This document shows, one piece after another, positions 55,365 through 64,000 of a stretch of DNA of 64,000 nucleotides (its first letter is position 1; each line of letters begins with the position of its first letter). Source of the stretch: an uncultured Acidobacteriota bacterium (GTDB lineage: Bacteria > Acidobacteriota > UBA6911). Where the stretch lies: positions 1 through 64,000 of the forward strand of contig CAWHCF010000023.1 in assembly GCA_963827655.1 (NCBI GenBank), read 5' to 3'. Made by a program: the position numbers and the translations under genes. The notes under the pieces were generated by a model. That model saw nothing but the letters and a program-made list of their open reading frames with translations. It was not told the origin of the DNA and searched no databases.

Positions 55365-55805
55365 TCAGTGGTGCTTAGCCTCGACGTTCACGACCGTGAG
55401 CCCCTCGGCCCGGGCCGCCTCGAGCTGGCGTCGGTCTGCAGCGGCGAAGGTCAACTCGACGCCGAGTTCCTTGCGGAGCCCAAGCGCCGAAGCGACGTGT
55501 ATGGCGTCGAAACCACGCAGTGGATACCGTTCGACCAGGCGCCGGGCGCTCTTGAGCACATTGTCGGTGACGTCGACCAGAACGAACGCCATCCATTCGG
55601 CCTCGACCTGGCGCGAGGCCACCAAATACGCCTGCTCTGAAAGATCACCTTCCCTCTTCCTTCGGGCGAGCGCCGAAAACACCTCGGCATAGGCAATCCT
55701 CGACGTCGCGACCGGACCCTCCCGGGTGATCAGTGCATCGACGGTGCCGGATCCCACCTCGCGGACGAAGCGCTTGATCAACGCGCTCGTGTCAAGATAG
55801 TTCAT
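55365..55805 (-). CDS. vapC: VapC PIN toxin
   Basis: YLDTSALIKRF, AEVFSALAR, LRGFDAIHVASAL, AADRRQ. Confidence 0.92.
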   Translation of the reverse strand: MNYLDTSALIKRFVREVGSGTVDALITREGPVATSRIAYAEVFSALARRKREGDLSEQAYLVASRQVEAEWMAFVLVDVTDNVLKSARRLVERYPLRGFDAIHVASALGLRKELGVELTFAAADRRQLEAARAEGLTVVNVEAKHH

Positions 55806-56083
55806 CGCCGATCTTCGACCACCGTCTCCGAGACCGGCCGCCCGGAAACCTCAACCCTGCGCACTCGTTTCATCGGTTTGCGCGTCGGCAATGTCACGAC
55901 CCCCCGAGCCGCGAGCCGTGCGAGCTTCGCCTCAAGGGTCTCGACTCGGCTTGCAGCTCCGATCGGCGTCAGCACGGCCACCGGTTTGCCCCGCTCGGTC
56001 ACGACGATCTCCTCACCCTGCTTCGTCCGCCGGATGTACTGCGTCAGCCTGTTCTTCAGCTCTTTGATACCGACCGTACTCAT
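55802..56083 (-). CDS. Phd/YefM (prevent-host-death) antitoxin
   Basis: MSTVGIKELKNRLTQYIRRTKQGEEIVVTERGKPVA; palindrome GTAGCTACAATAGCCAC just before the ATG. Confidence 0.9.
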   Translation of the reverse strand: MSTVGIKELKNRLTQYIRRTKQGEEIVVTERGKPVAVLTPIGAASRVETLEAKLARLAARGVVTLPTRKPMKRVRRVEVSGRPVSETVVEDRR

Positions 56084-56158
56084 GGTGGCTATTGTAGCTA
56101 CTTTCGGCCTGAGTGGCAAGCTTCCCGCGAGCAGGCGGGTCTATTCCGTGTCAGCGTT

Positions 56159-59100
56159 CTAGAACAAAATCTTCAAGCCGAACTGAATCACCCGAGGCCA
56201 GGTCCATTCATCGGTCACCTGACCGAAAGCAGTGCTGGTCGGTGTCGTGTTGGGCGCGAGAAACTGGGGGTGGTTGAGAGCGTTGATTGCTTCGGCGCGG
56301 AATTGCAGCCGAACTCCTTCAGTGATCTCGGTGTTCTTGATCACCGACAGGTCCCAGTTGTTCCCGCCATCTCCCCGAATCCCCGAGAAGCGGCTGGGGA
56401 AGGTCCTCAAGTTCGACGCCAGCTGCCTTTGGGAATTGCGCTCGAAGCCCGCGTCGACGTTGAACCATCGCTCCACCGTCCGTTCCCCCTCCGGGAGCAC
56501 GATGTCCTTCAGGTTCCCGAAGAAGATGGCATTGCCGAAGCCCAGCGGCGCCCCGCTCTGCCCCGTGTAAATGCCCTGCACCTGCCATCCGCTGATGATC
56601 TTGGACATCGCTCCGTTCGTGGCACCACCCCACCGCTTGCCCCGCCCGAAGGGCAGCTCGTAGAGCGAAGTTATGGCTATCCGGTGCGTGCGGTCCTGGT
56701 CGGAAATCACCTCTTCCGGCATCGGGTCGCCGCCGTTGAGGAAGCCTCTGGCTTCCATCAACTTCGACCAGGTCCACGACAGGGTCGAGGCAAGCCCCGT
56801 CGAGAAACGCTTCTCAAACCGCGTCTGCATCGAGTGATACCAGGAGTAGCCCTGGTTCGTGTCCGCCACATTAACGTTCGTGAACTGCGGATAGGGCCGC
56901 AGCAACTGGTTGCGCGGAACCGTGGTTCCGGCAAGATTGGTTCCCGGCAGCATGGGATAGAATGGATTCGACACCTGCGCGCTCAGATAGTTGATGGTGT
57001 TCTGGTCGCGCACGGGCGATGTGCTCAGGTACTGGTTGGGTAACGCATTCAGGTCCCGGGTGATGCGCTGCCCCACGCCCCGATTGCCCACGTAGGAGAG
57101 TTCCAGCACTGATCGGCCCGGCAGCCCCTGCTGCACGGCGAATTGCCAGCGCTGCATGTAGGGGGTGTGGATGTCCTCGTTGTAGAAAGTCACGCCTTGA
57201 CCCAGATTGGTCGAAAGCCCGCCGGCCGCCCCCATGGGGCTGAGAAAGCCGCTCGGGAACGGGTTGGTCAGGTTCGCGACGTAGCTCTGGCCGTTGTCGA
57301 CCGAGGTCACCAGCTCGGTCGATCGGCTGAAGCCGGTCTGGGTGACGTGCTGGTTGATCACGCCGATCGGTTCGAAATAAATCCCGTAGCCCACCCGGAC
57401 CACGGTATTGGGCGTTACGGAGTAAGCAAGGCCGATGCGCGGCATGAAGTTCTTCCGGCTCGTGTTCCACAGGGTCCGCGGCTCCCCGTTCACGTCTGCA
57501 AAGGTCAGGCCGCCACGCGCCTGGAACTGGCTGACTGGAACTTCGGGAATCGGATTATTGGCGTAGTTGGCCCGCGCCTGCTCTTCAATCGGGCTCGGAG
57601 CGGCGAATTCGAACCCGCGCACGGTCCGGTTGAAGCGTTCCGTCAGCGGCGTGGGGACTTCGTATCGCAACCCCAGACTCACGGTGAGCTTCCGGTTGAT
57701 CTTCCAGTCGTCTTGCAGATAGAGAGCCCAGATTTTGATCTGCTCGGCATAGGAAGCAGTGATCGGGAAACTGCCGCCGGTCGGCAGGCCATACAGAAAG
57801 CTGGCCAGACCTTGCCCGATCGGCGCCGAGGGAGACGTGCTCAACGGCCCGCGTGTCCAGTTGGTGGCAAAATCGAGGCTGCCCGATGAATTGCTCAGGT
57901 TAAAGGTGTTTTCGCGGTAGACCCGATAGCCGGTTCCGTAGCGCAGCGTGTGCGTATTCACGACGTTGGTGGCGTTCAAGGCGAAGTCGTGCGTATCGCT
58001 GTGCCGCTTGTTCAGCGTCTCGGAAGACAAGAGGGAGTTACCAACCACATCGATCCGCGGCAACCGCAGCGCCCGGCTATCCACCTGTTCGATCTGCTGG
58101 ATGTAGCTGCTCGCGAACCCTAACCCCGCCAGGTCCCACCCCAGCTGCATGGGCGTGAACGCGTTGATGAAGCGGGTGTAGCTGTAGCGTGTATTCACGA
58201 AGAACCGAGGGTGAGATGGTATAAACGTGGTCGAACGCGCCGCCCCGATTCTGGCGCACGAAAACGTCGCCGAACGCCCGGTTGTGGCGTTCGTTTTCCG
58301 GGCGGTCCATCAGGGTGAAATTCGCTCGCACATAGAACCGCTGCTTCTGCGACAGGTTGTGGTCAACCCGAACAATGTGATTCCAGTAGGTGTCCTGCGC
58401 GTTTTTGCCCTTGGTGTAGTTGTTGACCCCGTCGATCGTCCCGGCCTGGTTGGACTGGTCCCACAGGTCCGCGATTTTCCGCGCCACCGGATTGATCCGG
58501 CTCGGCGGGATGATGTTGTTCGGCAACGGCTGCCGGCGGAAAAGGCCGCCCGCCTCGGCCGTGGTCGAGAACGGATCGTAGATCTGGTACTGCGGGCCGA
58601 GGGCCAGCAAAGCGGAAAAGTCGCCGTTACGCTGCGCGGCTGTCGGGACCGCCTCGGTCACAAACGGGGTCGGGTCGAAGCTCCAGATTCCCTCATAGCC
58701 GTACATCCAGAAGGTCTTGCCCCGTCCGTCATACATCTTGGGCAGGTAGACCGGCCCGCCGAAGCTGGTACCCCAGCGATGCAACCGGAACCGAAGCTTC
58801 TCGGCCCCGATCCGGTTCAGGAAAAACCGGTTGGCATTGAACGCGGGATTCTGGTGGAAGTAGTAGAGCTGGCCGTGGAGGTCGTTCGTGCCCGACTTCA
58901 GGCTCATGTTCAGGGCCCCGCCGGCCATGTATCCGTAGGCCGCGTCGAATGTGGCGCTCTGAATCTTGAACTCATCCACCACCCCCGGCGGCGGCGAGTA
59001 GGCTACCTCCGCCCGCTGCATGTTGGGCGCGCCGTCGAGCATGTACTCGCTGCTTCCCGCGCGCGTGCCATCGATCGAGAGTTGCGACGGGGAACTCGTG

Positions 59101-59630
59101 TCGAACGGCCGGACATAGCCCGGCGACTGGGGCAGGAACAACACCCCCGGCGATAGAGTGGCCATGATCAGCACCATGCCGTCCTTCAGTGGAAGTTCCA
59201 GAATGGTCCGACTGTCGATGACCTGCCCGATCGAGGTCGTGGAAGTATCCAGCAGGGGCGTTTCCGCCGTCACCTGCAGGGTCTCGGCGGCTTGCCCTAC
59301 CTCCAGCATTACGTCGATCGTGATCCGCTCGTTGACTCGAACGCTGATTCCCGGACGGACAGATTTCTTGAACCCCGGGGCTTCCACCGTCAGCGAATAG
59401 GGACCTGGAATCAAGTACGGCAACAAAAAGTCGCCGCTCTCGTTGGCCGTGACCGCCGCCCGCACGCCGGTGTCGGTGTTCGCCGCTTCCACTCGGGCGC
59501 CTACGATCACACCGCCGGACTGGTCGGTCACGCGTCCCAGCAATGTGCCCCGTGTTTCCTGTCCCCACAACGGGAGTTGAACGCAGAACAGAACAGCCAG
59601 AAACAGACCGTTGATCTTGAGAAGTCTCAT
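56159..59630 (-). CDS. Oar-like TonB-dependent receptor, second paralog (frameshift near 58205)
   Basis: QETRGTLLGRVTDQSGG, VDEFKIQSATFDAAYG, QDDWKINRKLTVSLGLRYE, C-terminal PRVIQFGLKILF; RBS before ATG 59630. Confidence 0.9.
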
Positions 59631-60004
59631 GCCTCCACCTCGCTCGATCTCGCCCGTCGGGCGGAAATCTACCCGCTCAGCCTGAGGCCGCTCTGCTCCC
59701 GAACCACCCGTGCGACCTCTGACCACACGTTGGTTAACATGCGACAAATCCGTAGACGAAAAGTTGGCGCATTCTACCAGAGAAACGAGCCGGGCGAATA
59801 CTGGTTTCTTTGCGCCTTGTACACGCCTTTCCCTAGGGAAGGCTGATGGAGCCAATCCTCGATCCGGTGCCGACAGGGCCGTCCAGGCGGCCCGCGCCCC
59901 AACCAGACTAGTCGAACTGAAGGCCCGAGGCCGAGAGACGCAATAAGCCTGGCGATAGACGGGCGCCCCTACAAGGGCGAAACCCGGTAAGGCCTTATAT
60001 AGGG

Positions 60005-60304
60005 CCTCGCCGCTCCGCAAAAACTCAGCTAGTCGACCGTTTTGAAAGTTTTTCACCATAGTCATTGCTCAGGCTTTGACCACGATGTGGGTGGCCATTG
60101 GTGAACCAAGCGACAGATTCGACGACTATCTTGGTCTATTTACCAAACGCTCCTCTGGCTTACGTTCGGTGACCTTTCCTCGATTGTCCAGGGTGTGATA
60201 ACTTCGTTTCATGGCGGTTCTCCTGTCATCCAGGTTTGAGCACCCCGATTCTAATCGGATCGTGGTAAACCGCCGTCAATCTTCAACTACGTCCGGGACA
60301 CCTC
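60005..60304 (-). mobile_element. probable decayed IS256-family left end
   Basis: IR-like GAGGTGTCCCGGACGTAGTTGAAG, RBS GGAGA + MKRSYHTLDNRGKVTERK (ATG 60212), later RLAEFLRSGEAL; resemblance recalled from memory, not searched. Confidence 0.45.
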
Positions 60305-60449
60305 TCGACCCCCGACTCCAATGGTGGCCTGAGGCTTGCAATGTGTTTGGCTGGACGGCATGTCGTTTCGCAACCAGATCGGTGGGAAGCGGGCGGCAAC
60401 CGGATTGATGTAGGCGATTCGCTCGCGAGTATGTGCAGAAGAGGTTGTC

Positions 60450-61256
60450 GTGAATTTGAATCCGTGGTTTTCAATGCGCAACTGGCTGCTTTCACGACTT
60501 CAATATCCGGAGTTGCGCGGAATTCCGATTGACTCGCCGGAGATGACGCTCCGCCGGCGGGCACTGCTGGAACGCAACGAGTGCGCACGCTTTTCATTTG
60601 AACGCTGGTATCGTGAACTTGCGACGGTGGTCTCCACTGCACCTGAGGGATTTCGAGTAGAATTGGGCAGCGGAGGTGGCTTTCTCGACCACTTCATCTC
60701 GGGCTTGATTAAGACCGACGTTATCGAGCTACCATTCCTCGACAACGTCTGCTACGCCGAGCAGTTACCTTATCCGGACCGTTCAGTCGGCGCCCTGGCA
60801 ATGGTCAACGTTCTGCATCACGTGCGTGACGTGGACGCCTTCTTCCGGGAAGCCGTCCGGGTTCTCGTCCCTGGCGGCGTGGTCGCCATGATCGAACCCT
60901 ATGTGAGCGGATTTTCACGGCTGGTCTACCGCTATATCCACGATGAGCCCTTCGACCCAGGCGCCACGGACTGGCAGCTGCCGCCCAGCGGGCGCCTTAG
61001 CGGGGGCAACGACGCATTGCCGTGGATTGTGTTCGTGCGGGACCGCGCGCGATTCGAACGGGACTATCCGCAGCTGCGCATCGAGGCCCTCCGTCCGCAT
61101 TCGCCGTTTTCGCATCTGCTCTCGGGCGGCGTCACGACCCGGCCCCTCGTGCCGTTAGGGGTTGTCCTGGGGGTGGCCAAGGTGGAGGGCAGTATGTCCT
61201 GGGCCATGCCGCAGCTTGCCACGTTCTTTACCGTTACTCTCCGGCGGTCGGAGTAG
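60450..61256 (+). CDS. class I SAM-dependent methyltransferase
   Basis: VELGSGGGF, AEQLPYPDRSV, NVLHHV, RVLVPGG. Confidence 0.88.
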   Translation: MNLNPWFSMRNWLLSRLQYPELRGIPIDSPEMTLRRRALLERNECARFSFERWYRELATVVSTAPEGFRVELGSGGGFLDHFISGLIKTDVIELPFLDNVCYAEQLPYPDRSVGALAMVNVLHHVRDVDAFFREAVRVLVPGGVVAMIEPYVSGFSRLVYRYIHDEPFDPGATDWQLPPSGRLSGGNDALPWIVFVRDRARFERDYPQLRIEALRPHSPFSHLLSGGVTTRPLVPLGVVLGVAKVEGSMSWAMPQLATFFTVTLRRSE

Positions 61257-62058
61257 GACGTCCCTCTGTGCTTTCACTCACCCCACGTGAGACGCTTGTG
61301 GCCGCACGCATTTCTTTTCGGAGCTGAAGCATGCCGATGAACTGGCGAAAGCAGATCAGGAAGAGTCTGGAAATAAAGAAAATGGACGTGCTGCCGATTT
61401 TGCGTTCGTAATGCGGCACGGGCACTTCGATTATTCTATGGCCGGCAAAATGCGCTCTGATGACAAACTCCGCCGTAAAGAAGGACATGTACTTTACCTG
61501 CGGGGCGAGTTCGGTGAGGATCGACCGACGAATCAAACGGAACCCCGTATCCATGTCCCGGTAAGGCACATCGAAAGCCCAGCGCATGAGTTGGTTGTAG
61601 CCCTTCGACAAGAAGATCCGATAGAAAGGGTCCTTGCGCGGCGACTTCCTGCCGAGAATGACATCATGGCTGTGGCGGTTAAGTTCCAGTCGCCAGAAAT
61701 CGATCGCCGCGAATTGGTAGTCCGAGTCCACAATGAAGACCCAGTCCTTCGTCGCGAGAGAGACCGCGTCGATCAGTGCCTGCTGATATCCCTTGCGCTG
61801 GTCACTCATGAACAGGCGAATCGGCAACTCATTACGCAAACGCTCTAGGACGCTTTTGGTGTCATCAGTGCTGCCGTCCTCAGCTACCACCACTTCGAAG
61901 TCAGAGATGCGCGGGCCGAGTTCGGCGATGTAGTTACGGAGCGTCTGCTCGATGATGAAGGATTCGTTGCAGACGGGTAAAACCAGAGAAATGCCGCCAA
62001 GGGCTGGATCGGCCGGACCCCGCGAGGGCGAGTAATCGAAATCGGCTTGCCTCGTCAT
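61234..62058 (-). CDS. GT2 glycosyltransferase (DPM1-like)
   Basis: ISLVLPVCNE, EDGSTDDT, VDSDYQF, DMDTGFRLIRR, IEVPVPH. Confidence 0.9.
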   Translation of the reverse strand: MTRQADFDYSPSRGPADPALGGISLVLPVCNESFIIEQTLRNYIAELGPRISDFEVVVAEDGSTDDTKSVLERLRNELPIRLFMSDQRKGYQQALIDAVSLATKDWVFIVDSDYQFAAIDFWRLELNRHSHDVILGRKSPRKDPFYRIFLSKGYNQLMRWAFDVPYRDMDTGFRLIRRSILTELAPQVKYMSFFTAEFVIRAHFAGHRIIEVPVPHYERKIGSTSIFFISRLFLICFRQFIGMLQLRKEMRAATSVSRGVSESTEGRPTPTAGE

Positions 62059-62330
62059 ATCGACTGCCAGCTTGGTTCGCCTGATTGGTCGATTCTCTTT
62101 GTTATCCGAGACCAGCCACGCAGGTGATACAAGTTCAACCGGCCTGGAATTTGAAAATACAGTGTGTGAATGAAGTCTCATTGCAAGGCCAATTATGTCA
62201 TTATGCCGTTTCCGGTTCAACCGACTAGAGGTCTGAGTGACAAACGACTTTAGATTCCTCACCGAGGCCAGTCAGAAGGGCCGATGGGCCAAAGACACGG
62301 TCCGTTCAAACTGAAAGAGAGCATTCCGAC

Positions 62331-64000
62331 GTGGAAACACAACGACAGAGAGCGGCACTTGAAAAAGGGGCCGCATTTCCGGTGGCGGCGCGCGCCCTGA
62401 AGCTGGCGCTGATCTATCTGGCTTCCTGGTCGATCCTGCTGCTGGGCCTCGACAGGAATGCGATGAATGTGTTCGACGAGGGGGACGTGCTCTTTGGCGG
62501 GCTGCGCGTTCTGTGGGGCGACGTGCCCTACCGCGATTTCTGGACTGTCTACGGTCCGGCCCAGTACTGGGTGGTGGCCGGCCTGTTCAAGATCTTCGGG
62601 CCTTTTATACTCGTGGAGCGTGCTTGGGACGCGGTCGTTCGAGCCGGGTTGGCGACCATGGCCTACATGGTAGCCCGCGCGCTCACCAATGCCCGCCTCG
62701 CGGTTGGTGTATGGCTTTTCTCCTTGGGATGGCTGTGGATCGTCGACTTTTACGGCTATCCCCTTTTGCCAGCGGCCTTGTTCGGGCTTTCAAGCGTCTA
62801 CCTCTCCGGAAGATACGCGGTTGGATTAGGTGGCGCCGGGGGGCTTCTCGGGGCGGGCGCGCTCGCGACCTTGGCGGGTTTTTTCCGGCACGACATGGGC
62901 ATCTACACCTATGTGGCAGAGGTCGCCGTAATCCTGGCAGTACCGGCAGTGATTCGGTCCGGAGCAGATTTCGGTCGGATGGCGTCTTGGGATGGTCGGA
63001 TGTCAGCCGTTGCTTGGCTGACATCCGGGGCAATGCTGGCGTTCGTCCCCGTCGCTGCCTATCTGTTGGTCCATGTGCCCCTGCAGGACTTGTTGCACCC
63101 ATTGGTCATCTACCCCGCGAAGATCTACCCGGGGGCGCGTTCCTTGCCATATCCCTCCCTCGTTGAGCCGCTGTACGACTTGCTCCGAGGGAAATGGATC
63201 GCCGGAGCTTTGACCTTTTGCCGGGCCCTCGCACTGTATTTCCCTTGGGTCGTCGCCGGGGCAGGAGCCTTCGGGCTGTGGCGGCTGCGGCAGTCCCCAC
63301 TTTTGAACCCGAAGGATAAGACAGTGCAATTTGCAATTCTGGTGCTCGTGCTTATCGTGCTGGCCTTCAGTGTGAAGACCCTTGTCAGACCCAACGCGCA
63401 CCACGCTATCCATGCTCTCGTGCCCGGCTTTGTTCTGGCAGGTTTATTGATTGGGATGGGTGATCGGCTGCGCGCTAAGCCGGTGCAGGTGGTCCTCGTA
63501 GTGGCCATGGTGGCCTTGGCATTGCCGCCACTCGCTGGCCTTTACTGGTTCGCGAGGTCGTCGGGGATTGATCGCCTTCTGAGGGCAGGGACCGGATCGC
63601 CGGTGGAAAATGCGAAACGGGTCGTCCGGTACTTCATAGACCCAGGAAACGGCCCTGATCCGGCCATTTATTTCACAATCAGTGCGGACCAGGCTGCGGC
63701 CGTCTCGTATATTCGGACCCACACGGGACCTCGAGACAAACTTTTCGTGGCCAACGGCCGCCACGATATCGCCTGGGCCAACGATGTCCTTTTCTATTTC
63801 CTTGCCCAGCGGGCCGCCGTCACCAAGTACCACGAGTTCAATCCTGGCCTCACGACGACATCCCAGACGCAGCAGGCCATCATCGAAGCTCTTCGGGCCG
63901 AAAGCGTGCCCTATGTCGTCCGGCTGCGATCGTTTGACAATATCTCAGAGCCGAACAGCAGCGCCCGTAGCAGCGGCGTCATTCTTCTCGACCAATTTCT
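62331..64000 (+). CDS. GT-C fold membrane glycosyltransferase-like protein (runs off the window end)
   Basis: open frame absent from the ORF track: MNVFDEGDVLFGGLRVLWGDVPYRDFWTVYGP, many TM helices, FRHDMG; start uncertain. Confidence 0.75.
   Translation, partial: METQRQRAALEKGAAFPVAARALKLALIYLASWSILLLGLDRNAMNVFDEGDVLFGGLRVLWGDVPYRDFWTVYGPAQYWVVAGLFKIFGPFILVERAWDAVVRAGLATMAYMVARALTNARLAVGVWLFSLGWLWIVDFYGYPLLPAALFGLSSVYLSGRYAVGLGGAGGLLGAGALATLAGFFRHDMGIYTYVAEVAVILAVPAVIRSGADFGRMASWDGRMSAVAWLTSGAMLAFVPVAAYLLVHVPLQDLLHPLVIYPAKIYPGARSLPYPSLVEPLYDLLRGKWIAGALTFCRALALYFPWVVAGAGAFGLWRLRQSPLLNPKDKTVQFAILVLVLIVLAFSVKTLVRPNAHHAIHALVPGFVLAGLLIGMGDRLRAKPVQVVLVVAMVALALPPLAGLYWFARSSGIDRLLRAGTGSPVENAKRVVRYFIDPGNGPDPAIYFTISADQAAAVSYIRTHTGPRDKLFVANGRHDIAWANDVLFYFLAQRAAVTKYHEFNPGLTTTSQTQQAIIEALRAESVPYVVRLRSFDNISEPNSSARSSGVILLDQF

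Noticed and set aside
59631-60065. 145-aa N-terminal extension of the second TonB-dependent receptor
   Set aside because: A strong RBS and signal peptide start at ATG 59630; the upstream open frame is fortuitous.

Overview
GC-rich bacterial DNA, most likely an Acidobacteriota-type genome (inferred from Oar-like TonB-dependent receptors, a TPR-CRTAC1 protein, two DUF1553/DUF1501 pairs and an ECF sigma/Ser-Thr kinase pair). Many genes are broken by single-base indels, which look like uncorrected long-read errors. The window is an accessory-gene mosaic: five type II toxin-antitoxin pairs, an AAA+/DUF4143 ATPase, an ion-transport block bracketed by a ~140-bp direct repeat, a hydrolase cluster and the start of a glycosylation locus. 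The most unusual elements are an orphan, cut-off fragment of a contractile injection system (eCIS), a candidate defence protein with a C-terminal HEPN RxxxxH motif, a second copy of a TA promoter in front of an MFS transporter, a half-direct/half-inverted copy of a BON gene end, a REP-filled MITE inserted in another REP, and truncated gene scraps at many gene junctions. No rRNA, tRNA or CRISPR array was seen. All family assignments are by motif recognition, not database search.
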